DNA of 64,000 nt from contig JAZORR010000013.1 of the NCBI GenBank assembly GCA_045656705.1, positions 19,401 to 83,400 on the forward strand. Direction: 5' to 3'. The position numbers and the translations under genes are program-made. The notes below the pieces were generated by a model. It was not told the origin of the DNA. It did no database searches and saw only the letters and a list, made by a program, of their open reading frames with translations. The DNA is from Muribaculaceae bacterium (GTDB taxonomy: Bacteria > Bacteroidota > Bacteroidia > Bacteroidales > Muribaculaceae). Positions 54,854 through 62,935 of the stretch are shown piece by piece (the first letter of the stretch is position 1; every line of letters starts with the position of its first letter).

Positions 54854-55867
54854 ATGGCTAAGAAAATATTAATCACCGGTGCCGGTGGATTCGTGGGTGG
54901 TTTTATCGTGGAAGCAGCACTCCGAGAAGGTTACGAAACTTGGGCTGCAGTGCGTGCCACCACTTCACTCGAATATCTCACCGACCCTCGCATCAATATA
55001 ATTGAACTCGACTTTGCCAATCCCGATACACTAAAGCAACAAATTTCGCTCTTCGTGGAGGAAAATGGTAAATGGGACTATATAATTCACAATCTCGGTG
55101 CTACAAAGTGTGCAAACTTTCGCGATTTCAATCGTATCAACTGCGAATATCTGAAAACTTTCGCCAATCTGCTTTGCACCCTCGATGCAGTTCCAGAGAA
55201 ATTCCTGCTAATGAGTAGTCTCAGCGTGATGGGACAAGGCGACGACACCAATTACACTCCGTTTACAGCCAACAACACCCCATCGCCAAATACACAATAC
55301 GGCGTGTCGAAACTAATGGGCGAACAGGCCATCAAATACATCCCCGATTTCCCTTATGTGATTTTCCGTGCTACAGGCGTGTACGGACCTCACGAAAAGG
55401 ATTACTTCCTTATGATGAAGAGCATCGCACAAGGATTTGACTTCAGCGTAGGCTTCAAAAAACAAATGCTCACTTTCATCTACGTTAAAGACCTCGTGGA
55501 TGCAATGATGGATGCTCTGAAATCGCCCGATGCACTACGCAAAACCTATTTCATCGCCGAAAAGCGAGGATACACACAAAAGGAATTCCGCGAAATCGTA
55601 GCCATAGAACTCGGCAAGAAGTTTGTGCTTCCTATTTGCGCCCCTATATGGCTCACAGGCATCATCTGCTGGATTGCCGAACAAATAGGCGTTATACGCA
55701 TGAAACCAAGCACCCTCAATCGCGACAAATTCAAAATCATAAAGCAACGCAATTGGCTATGTGATGTGAGCGAAGCTGAGAAAGATTTCGGTTTCAACCC
55801 AAAATACGACCTCACCCGAGGTGTAAAAGAAGCCATCAAATGGTATAAAGAAGCAAAATGGCTATAA
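54854..55867 (+). CDS. NAD-dependent epimerase/dehydratase (extended SDR) family protein
   Basis: The track ORF 54590 overlaps rnhB. The in-frame ATG at 54854 gives MAKKILITGAGGFVGGF (Rossmann motif). YGVSK is the YxxxK catalytic motif. Confidence 0.75.
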   Translation: MAKKILITGAGGFVGGFIVEAALREGYETWAAVRATTSLEYLTDPRINIIELDFANPDTLKQQISLFVEENGKWDYIIHNLGATKCANFRDFNRINCEYLKTFANLLCTLDAVPEKFLLMSSLSVMGQGDDTNYTPFTANNTPSPNTQYGVSKLMGEQAIKYIPDFPYVIFRATGVYGPHEKDYFLMMKSIAQGFDFSVGFKKQMLTFIYVKDLVDAMMDALKSPDALRKTYFIAEKRGYTQKEFREIVAIELGKKFVLPICAPIWLTGIICWIAEQIGVIRMKPSTLNRDKFKIIKQRNWLCDVSEAEKDFGFNPKYDLTRGVKEAIKWYKEAKWL

Positions 55868-56044
55868 TTTTTTGAAAAAATCTTATTGGGGCTCACATCT
55901 TTTGCGAGTCCCATTTTTATATTTAAAGCACTATTATCTCTGATTTCACCCTACTTTTTAAGATAAAAACTGCTTTTTACGAAGAAAATGATGATTTTTT
56001 TGCATTTTTTCTCGAAAATATTTGCACAGAAGAAAAAAAGTTCA

Positions 56045-56052
56045 TAACTTTG
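56045..56052 (+). promoter_or_regulatory. -7 box TAACTTTG for tRNA-Phe
   Basis: TAACTTTG lies 19 nt upstream of the tRNA 5' end. Confidence 0.55.
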
Positions 56053-56070
56053 CACTCGCAAAACAACGAT

Positions 56071-56143
56071 GGTGCCATAGCTCAGTTGGTAGAGCAAAGG
56101 ACTGAAAATCCTTGTGTCCCCGGTTCGATTCCTGGTGGCACCA
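56071..56143 (+). tRNA. tRNA-Phe (anticodon GAA)
   Basis: Hand-folded cloverleaf. Acceptor GGTGCCA/TGGCACC. D arm GCTC-AGTTGGTA-GAGC. Anticodon arm AAGGA-CTGAAAA-TCCTT. Variable loop GTGTC. T arm CCCGG-TTCGATT-CCTGG (one C:T mismatch at 51:63). Discriminator A. CCA is not encoded. Confidence 0.9.
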
Positions 56144-56280
56144 CTTGAACCAAAGGTTAAAATCAACAAAACGCTGCAAATCAATGATTTGCGGCGTTTT
56201 TCTTTTGTCAAAAATCGGCACTTTTGGTGCAAAATGAAGCAGTTTAGTGTGTTATTCATGGACATTTTTTGGATCCCTCA

Positions 56281-56547
56281 AAAATGTACACTAATTGCAT
56301 CATATTTCACTATTTTTCAATATCTTACAGCGATTTCAACTATCCATTACCCGGCAATTTTGTCGGGTATTTTTGTCTATTAGTGTACATATAAATAATA
56401 TGTCCATAAATAGCTCACTAATCGTGTTGTATTTCGCTATTCTTCAATATATTACGGCATTTTCAACTATCCATTACCCGGCACTTTTTGTCGGGTATTT
56501 TCGTCTATTCGTGTACATTCCGATAATATGGTCATAAAAATGTACAC
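56281..56547. repeat. ~128-bp tandem duplication (two units plus the start of a third) between tRNA-Phe and the integrase
   Basis: Unit 1 (~56301-56410) and unit 2 (~56429-56540) align over ~110 bp, e.g. ttcaactatccattacccggca.ttttgtcgggtatttt.gtctatt.gtgtacat. Each contains the hairpin tacccg...cgggta. The 8-mers ATGTACAC (56284, 56540) and GTGTACAT (56383, 56511) form inverted pairs. Confidence 0.8.
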
Positions 56548-56639
56548 GATTTTTCTTTTCCCCATAACCCCTATTCACCAATCAGCACTATTCTTACAAC
56601 GAGCCCCGATATTGAGGCGCAATTAAAACTTATAATATT

Positions 56640-57764
56640 ATGCAAAAGAGCACTTTCTCAGTAAACTTCTTCATTCGCCGCACTCGACTTGGCAAGAGTG
56701 GCGAAACACCTATTATGATGCGTATCTCCGTAGATGGCAGATACACCGAACTCAGCACACAGCGACGAGTGCCTGTTGAGCAGTGGAGTCAGAGTCGCTG
56801 TTGCGCCACGGGCAAGACCGCTGTGGCGTTGGAGATAAATCGCCACCTCGACAATTTGCGAAGCAAGGCGAGCGAGGCACATCAGAATTTCCTTGCCGAA
56901 GATGGCTATGTAGATCCATTTATTATTAAGGAGTTCCTGCTGGGCAAGCACCGCCGTCAGCGATTCTTCTTTGAGGTCTTCGAGGAGCACAACGCACGCA
57001 TTGCTTCGCTGATCGGCAAAGATTACGACCGCACGACCTATCACCGCTATATGTTGTGTCTGCGTTACTTTCGTGAGATGATGACCAAACAGACAAAGGC
57101 GGAAGATTTTCCAATCAGAAATCTCAGCCACGAGATGGTGCGAGATTTTGAGCATTTCCTCAAAACCAAAAAGCGAGTGGCACAGAACACGATGATTCGC
57201 TATATGAAGTGTTTGAAGAAGGTCGTAAACCTCTCACTTGCCAATGGTTGGATGACCGTCAATCCTTTTGCCGGCATAAAGTATGCCGAGAAGAAGGTCA
57301 TACGAGAGTATCTGACTATGCCCGAGGTAAACCGCTTACGAGAAAAAGAATTTTCGATTCAGCGACTTGAAATGGTGCGAGATATATTCTTGTTCTGCTG
57401 TTACACGGGGTTGGCGTATATCGATGTTCACAACCTCCGCCCCGAGAATATCACCGAGGATGCCCACGGGCGCAAGTGGATACGCAAGCAGCGAGAAAAG
57501 ACCGATGTGGAGTTCTATGTGCCCCTGCTCGAATATCCGTTGCAGATACTCGAAAAGTACAATAATCACCCACTGTGCAAGGAACGAGGCACACTACTGC
57601 CCGTCTATGCCAACCAGAAGATGAACTCCTATCTAAAAGAGATTGCCGACTTCTGCGGGATAAAGAAACAACTGACGATGCATTGCTTAAGACATAGTCA
57701 TTTGTCTTTGTTGCTGAAAACAAATGATTTACAGAATTTAAATTTGCTACAGGTAACGATTTAG
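56640..57764 (+). pseudogene. Bacteroidetes-type tyrosine recombinase/integrase, 3'-truncated (catalytic Tyr region missing)
   Basis: 374 aa. N-terminal arm-binding-type MQKSTFSVNFFIRRTRLGKSGETPIMMRISVDGR, SAM-like core, box II HCLRHS at 57681-57698. After this the frame runs 22 AT-rich codons (HLSLLLKTNDLQNLNLLQVTI) to a stop, without the LGH...Y segment. Confidence 0.65.
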
Positions 57765-57898
57765 AAACGAGCGAAGTTTCCTTATCTGTCTTATTCTGCA
57801 TTATTGAAAAGAACGCTTTATCTTAATGCAAAGATAGTATTAATTTTGTAAACATTAAAATAACAATCTATATTTTATCTTTACGAATAAGCCATTCT

Positions 57899-58978
57899 TT
57901 ACCATTCACAGGAAACTACAAGCTCAGGTTTTAATAGTTTAAGTTCTTCAAATATCTCTTTAGCTGTTAATCCTGCGTAAAATGGGACTACCTGTGGAAT
58001 CATATTGATTTGGTCACAAAGAGATTGAATTTGCTCTTCTACGGACTTCCCCTTATCAACTATAACAGTATTAGTAGTTGTTTTCCTTTCAAGATGCTCA
58101 GTTACCATTCCTACAAAATAACCTTTATCCGAAAATATTGGACCACCACTATTTCCTGGTCGTACAACGGAAGAGTATATTAAACATTTATCACCATTAT
58201 AGTTTGTTGAAATAGCATTAATTTCACCTTTTTGTACGATTAGAGGAGTTTCCCTAATTCTGGAAATAGGCGGATATCCAAAAGTGAGAATTGTGTCCAA
58301 GACATGTCCGCCACTAAATACTACATCATTTTCAGGATTTAAAGAGCAGTCCAAAATTTCAATAATAGCAATATCCTTTGATCCCGATTTATATATATCT
58401 TTAACAGCGTATTGCGCCTCTTTAATCAACACCTCCTTAATTTCCACTCCATCAACAACATGCAAGCATGTTAATATATGATTTGTTGATATGAGCAGAC
58501 CGCTACCAATATGGTTATCTCCTTTATCATCACAAACAACTATAATGGCGGTATAAGGAGAAATCCTTTCTCTGATATAATCAAGGCCTAAATATTCTGC
58601 ATAAGATGTAATTTTTAGCCATTCCTCCTCTGATGAAGGCATATTAAGAGATACGTACATATCACCTAATATTGGTAAGCCACCTAAAGACGAGACTTTA
58701 TTTACAACTGACTTTTCAACTAACTTTTGTAACAAGTGGTTTATATGATACAAATAAGTAAATGCACTTTTACCTAAGCTATTTTTCTTTGTATTATAAT
58801 CTATAAAATCTTGTACAGAAAGTCCTATTGTATTAGCCTTCTCATCAGATAAGTTATGGAGTTCCTTTTTAATTTGGGCAGCATTTATCAAGGAGAAATC
58901 CTCTATAATCCGTCTTATGAGTAATTCTAATTCTATAAACGTGATGGGAGCATCCGTTGCAGTTTCAAGTTCTGCCAT
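57899..58978 (-). CDS. Trypsin-like (S1/Trypsin_2-type) serine protease with ~140-aa helical N-terminal domain; third gene of the nuclease-ATPase-protease operon
   Basis: Catalytic triad context: HILTCLHVV (His), SKDIAIIEI (Asp), VRPGNSGGPIF (Ser). No signal peptide. The track start 58990 is TTG (8-nt overlap with the upstream gene). The first ATG, 58978, lies 4 nt after the upstream stop. Confidence 0.75.
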   Translation of the reverse strand: MAELETATDAPITFIELELLIRRIIEDFSLINAAQIKKELHNLSDEKANTIGLSVQDFIDYNTKKNSLGKSAFTYLYHINHLLQKLVEKSVVNKVSSLGGLPILGDMYVSLNMPSSEEEWLKITSYAEYLGLDYIRERISPYTAIIVVCDDKGDNHIGSGLLISTNHILTCLHVVDGVEIKEVLIKEAQYAVKDIYKSGSKDIAIIEILDCSLNPENDVVFSGGHVLDTILTFGYPPISRIRETPLIVQKGEINAISTNYNGDKCLIYSSVVRPGNSGGPIFSDKGYFVGMVTEHLERKTTTNTVIVDKGKSVEEQIQSLCDQINMIPQVVPFYAGLTAKEIFEELKLLKPELVVSCEW

Positions 58979-58982
58979 AACA

Positions 58983-60428
58983 TTATTCAATTAATCTATC
59001 TACAATACTTATTTTATTAACATCTGTCAAACTATATTCATATATTGATGCAATGATAATTTGGTTATTTGCAAAATCTCTTTTTAATATTTCAACCATT
59101 GCTTCTATATTTTGCTTATCAATCTCTTTCCCACTTGGAGAATCAAGAATTATCGGGAATTTAATGTTCAAATGCTTTTCAACCTCTAACAAGCAAGCAA
59201 GCCTAAAAGCAAAAACCGTTTTATGCAAAATGGCTCCTGACAATTCTTTTAGATTTGAGGTAAATAAATACTTTTCGGTATTATGACTTTCATCAATTCC
59301 TAATTCTTGAAGATATTTTTTAGTGGTATTAAATATCGAAGAGATTACAGTATTAGCACTTCGTGTTAATTCTCTAATTTTTAGATTAATGTCCGCTATT
59401 TCTTTTTCTAATTTCGCAATTCCTTTTTTGACAGCAACTTCATTTATAGGTATACTTGAAATTCTTTTATCAAAAATCTCGGAAATCGTTTCAACATTGT
59501 CAAAGAAGGACAACTGTTGCTCTTCTGTTTTACGCTCTTTCTCAAGCTCAGCAATTTCTGACTGTATTTGATTATATTGTGAAGCTATCAGTTTGCGTTT
59601 TGCTACGAGAAAATCAATAGTGTCATTAAGACCTATAATATTATCCTCTGTAACGGCAAAGATTTCTTTATTAGGAGCTTGAACTAATAGTCCTATTTCT
59701 GCTATGAAATTTCTAAAATGTTTATTTTCCTTTAGGACCTTGTCTATTCTGCATAATTCTTTCTTTAACATATTATGCTGTATCTTACATTGATTGATTT
59801 TGCTATCAATCAAAGAATTGTATGATTCTCCTGCAAGATTGTTAGATTCGGCATCAATAGTTTCTTGGTACTTAGAAACACTAAACATCTGTTTGTATTT
59901 CAATAAATCTTGTCTCTTCGCTTCCTTTTGTCTGTATAATTCAGAACAATCAATCTCTGCGATTCCCCTGATTAGTTCCTCAATATTAAAACGAATACTT
60001 CCAATGACAATCCCTCGATTAAGTAAGGTCCAACCCTTCTCCTGATCAAAATAGAATATTCCTAAAAGATTATTTATCAGTTCAGGGTAGTTGGCTTTAA
60101 AAATAATTTTATGAAGAGCTGCTTCATCGCTTGGCAAGACATAAGTCGTTACAGAATCATTCTGTTTCAATTCAATATAATCCCTCGATTCTCGGCATAA
60201 TAATAGAATCTCTCCATTATCAAGAGTTATTTTACTTTCGACCTTGCAGTTCTCAAATTTGATATGCTTAGTATTGGGAACGCTATATCCGATTGAATAT
60301 AACATAAGTCTTAGTAAAGTAGTTTTGCCCTTACTGTTTGCAAGACTATGTATAAGGTTGTTTCCATCAGAGAAAACAATCAAGCGTTTATTACCAGCCT
60401 CTTCGATATAGATTGAATTGAAAATCAT
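58983..60428 (-). CDS. Coiled-coil ABC/SMC-like ATPase (Rad50/LmuB/ABC-3C-like), middle gene of the operon
   Basis: 481 aa. Walker A-like SLANSKGKTTLL, Q-loop-like IFYFDQEKG, ~250-aa heptad-rich insert, signature-like KELSGAILHK, Walker B FPIILDSPSGKEID. ATGA overlap with the upstream gene. Confidence 0.65.
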   Translation of the reverse strand: MIFNSIYIEEAGNKRLIVFSDGNNLIHSLANSKGKTTLLRLMLYSIGYSVPNTKHIKFENCKVESKITLDNGEILLLCRESRDYIELKQNDSVTTYVLPSDEAALHKIIFKANYPELINNLLGIFYFDQEKGWTLLNRGIVIGSIRFNIEELIRGIAEIDCSELYRQKEAKRQDLLKYKQMFSVSKYQETIDAESNNLAGESYNSLIDSKINQCKIQHNMLKKELCRIDKVLKENKHFRNFIAEIGLLVQAPNKEIFAVTEDNIIGLNDTIDFLVAKRKLIASQYNQIQSEIAELEKERKTEEQQLSFFDNVETISEIFDKRISSIPINEVAVKKGIAKLEKEIADINLKIRELTRSANTVISSIFNTTKKYLQELGIDESHNTEKYLFTSNLKELSGAILHKTVFAFRLACLLEVEKHLNIKFPIILDSPSGKEIDKQNIEAMVEILKRDFANNQIIIASIYEYSLTDVNKISIVDRLIE

Positions 60429-61423
60429 AGGTTCACAGCATTCTTAATATTGTCTATTTGAATACGTTTGTTCAAAATATTGCGAACAATAATTTGTAGA
60501 AGTTTTTCTTGTAAAGTACTAGGCAAAAACACTCTCTCTCCTTCAAAAATATATGCGAATTTACAACTCTCTGTTTCTATAAATTTTCGTTTTCTTTCAC
60601 CTTGTTTTGCTTCTTTATAGAAACTATTATATGCACATAGCACCTTAGTTACAAATTCGTATTTTTCCGAGCAGGTATTTATAATTGTTTCGTAACTTCT
60701 CGATAGTTCATATATCTCAGAGTCATCAAAGTCATCTTCATCATAATTTTCATTTTGAGTTACAAGAACTATTAAAGGCCATATAATATCCTTTTTAGTT
60801 AGTTTTATGTCAGATGTCCTTTTCGTTCCACTTCTAAAAATATCTTTTATCCAAATTCCATGTAAATTGTCTTTAGCTATAGATATATTTCCTAATTTGG
60901 GAATGAAATCACCAATAGCATTCATTACACATTTATATCTTTCATTGTCGTTTTCTGTTTCAAAAGGTAAAATCTGTATTTTGAACTTACTCGTGTCAAG
61001 AGGATCTTCAATCTCAGAAATAATCTTATTAATTTTATCTTTTAAAGGTTCTGGCAATGAACTGTAATCTCTTTGAGCAACACCATAGAATATCGGATTC
61101 AATTGTTTCTCTTTGAATGGGTTTGGAGTATTTGTTATATATATAAGTTCTTTAACTTTTCCAGATTTATGCTCTGCTTCTGACAATGATGTTATAGACT
61201 TCTTAAGATTCGATAGTACATTAGAAAAATCTGTACTGCTATTTACAACAGCTTTTGCTTGTGCCAATAAACAACTTCCATCATTTAGATTGATTTCTAT
61301 ATCTTCAGCTCCTTCTAAACGAATACTGGTCATATCTTTAATATTCTCAAGCATCAACACTATTGCTGCGTTTGCTTGAAAATCAAATCCAAATAACACT
61401 GATGTTGCCGTTCTATTCGCCAT
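60425..61423 (-). CDS. DUF4297/Cap4-like PD-(D/E)xK nuclease-domain protein with uncharacterised C-terminal domain; first gene of the operon
   Basis: 332 aa. The N-terminus SVLFGFDFQANAAIVLML...RLEGAEDIEINLNDGSCLLAQAKAV matches the G-F-x-(F/Y)-Q ... E-x-x-E-D ... Q-x-K layout I recall for DUF4297. The rest (~240 aa) is helical-looking and unassigned. Confidence 0.55.
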   Translation of the reverse strand: MANRTATSVLFGFDFQANAAIVLMLENIKDMTSIRLEGAEDIEINLNDGSCLLAQAKAVVNSSTDFSNVLSNLKKSITSLSEAEHKSGKVKELIYITNTPNPFKEKQLNPIFYGVAQRDYSSLPEPLKDKINKIISEIEDPLDTSKFKIQILPFETENDNERYKCVMNAIGDFIPKLGNISIAKDNLHGIWIKDIFRSGTKRTSDIKLTKKDIIWPLIVLVTQNENYDEDDFDDSEIYELSRSYETIINTCSEKYEFVTKVLCAYNSFYKEAKQGERKRKFIETESCKFAYIFEGERVFLPSTLQEKLLQIIVRNILNKRIQIDNIKNAVNL

Positions 61424-61452
61424 TATAATACCCTATTTTACGAATTCTTTTG

Positions 61453-61460
61453 CAAAATTA
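61453..61460 (-). promoter_or_regulatory. -7 box (TAATTTTG on the minus strand) for the three-gene operon
   Basis: Plus-strand caaaatta, 30 nt upstream of ATG 61423. Confidence 0.5.
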
Positions 61461-61502
61461 GTGATTATTTGTCAACTACTTCGCTACCAAGTAATAAAAT
61501 TG

Positions 61503-61510
61503 TAATTTTG
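61503..61510 (+). promoter_or_regulatory. -7 box TAATTTTG for the divergent ATPase gene
   Basis: Lies 27 nt upstream of ATG 61537. Confidence 0.5.
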
Positions 61511-61536
61511 TATCGTTTAATCAATGTTTGAAGGTT

Positions 61537-62892
61537 ATGAAGATAAGAAAGGTTAAATGGGCAAATCACCCGATATTAGGCAACTTAGAATTAAATTTTG
61601 TAAATCCAGTTACTAATAAGCCATATTCTACTATTGTTTTAGCTGGCGAGAATGGTACGGGAAAGACTACTATATTGGAAACACTGAATACTTTCTTGAG
61701 TATTGGAAGTTTTGAGCCTTTTGATGGAATTGAGTATGAAGTTGAAGATAAACGATACATTTTGACTCCATCAAACATACCTGGTTCGCTTAAAACATTT
61801 TTCACAAGATATGATGTGGAAAATGATACTTCAGAAAACATTCATAGTGACCGGAATAATAATTCAAGTTCTATTCAATCAGATAATAAAGACCCTAGAT
61901 CTTATGGAAGTGTGTTTTCAAGACCAAGGGCAGATTATAAAACCAACAAAATAGAATCTGTAAAAACAAATGAACTTGATAATAACAAGTATGACTCGGA
62001 TAATGATGATAATTTCACATCATTAAAGCAACTAATTGTAGATGTTCAGAACCAAGATAATGAGCAATATCGCGATATAAATGATAATAGGAGTCAGCAA
62101 GGCCTATCACCAATGTCAACTGCCGATTTTGAACCAATATCAAAAATCTATAGATTTAAAAGTGCTTTTAATGGATTTTTTGAAACCATTAAATACAAGA
62201 AGGTCGGTAATGCTTCAGGGGAAAAGGTCGTGATTTTTGAAAAGCATGGCATAGAAATTCCTATAGATGTTTTAAGTACCGGGGAAAAACAAGTCGTTTT
62301 TAGAGGGGCATATTTGCTTAGAAACATCAATGTTCTTCAAAACTCGACAATAATGATTGATGAGCCTGAATTAAGCATGCATCCACTATGGCAGAAAAAG
62401 ATATTACAATATTACAAGAATTTATTCACTGATGCCAATTCTAATCAAACAGCACAACTGTTTTTTGCAAGCCATTCAGAAGCGGTCATAAGCGAAGCTC
62501 TAAAAGATTTAGATAAAACAAAGGTAATAGTATTGAAAAGAGATGGCAATGGACAAGTTTCAGCTAATTGTATAGGTATTCCTGCCGTACTTCCATATAC
62601 TATGGCTGCCGAGGTAAATTATCAAGCTTTTGAATTAGTATCAACAGATTACCATAATGCTTTATATGGTTATATTGAAGCTGAGGGTTGGAAGAATAAT
62701 TTTGATGCTCAATATCCCACAGTGAGCTATAATAGAGAAAGAAATGGCACTGTAATAACACAACGGATTACACTAACTGAAAAAATACGCCATATAATTC
62801 ATCACCCGGAGAATCGTAATAATAGTTACACAGAGGGAGATTTAAAAGAATCTATAGAACGAATGAGAAGTTTCATCATGGCACAACCATAA
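61537..62892 (+). CDS. Stand-alone ABC-type (AAA_15/AAA_21-like) ATPase with Asn/Asp-rich insert and ~110-aa C-terminal extension
   Basis: Walker A LAGENGTGKTTILE, signature LSTGEKQV, Walker B TIMIDEPELSMHP, H-loop FFASHSE. The track start 61528 is TTG. ATG 61537 gives MKIRKVKWANHPILGNLELNF. Confidence 0.7.
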   Translation: MKIRKVKWANHPILGNLELNFVNPVTNKPYSTIVLAGENGTGKTTILETLNTFLSIGSFEPFDGIEYEVEDKRYILTPSNIPGSLKTFFTRYDVENDTSENIHSDRNNNSSSIQSDNKDPRSYGSVFSRPRADYKTNKIESVKTNELDNNKYDSDNDDNFTSLKQLIVDVQNQDNEQYRDINDNRSQQGLSPMSTADFEPISKIYRFKSAFNGFFETIKYKKVGNASGEKVVIFEKHGIEIPIDVLSTGEKQVVFRGAYLLRNINVLQNSTIMIDEPELSMHPLWQKKILQYYKNLFTDANSNQTAQLFFASHSEAVISEALKDLDKTKVIVLKRDGNGQVSANCIGIPAVLPYTMAAEVNYQAFELVSTDYHNALYGYIEAEGWKNNFDAQYPTVSYNRERNGTVITQRITLTEKIRHIIHHPENRNNSYTEGDLKESIERMRSFIMAQP

Positions 62893-62934
62893 TAATTTCG
62901 GCGTTCACCTTCAACAAGTGAACGCCGAAATTAT
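62892..62934. terminator. Bidirectional terminator between the ATPase gene and the Res gene
   Basis: ataatttcggcgttcac / gtgaacgccgaaattat form a perfect 17-bp stem with a 9-nt loop. Confidence 0.75.
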
Positions 62935-62935
62935 A

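Noticed and set aside
56114-56537. ORFs 56114..56383 and 56295..56537, which encode similar peptides (…STIHYPA…).
   Set aside because: They are translations of the 128-bp tandem DNA repeat. One overlaps the tRNA 3' flank. They show no start context, and their similarity is explained at the DNA level.
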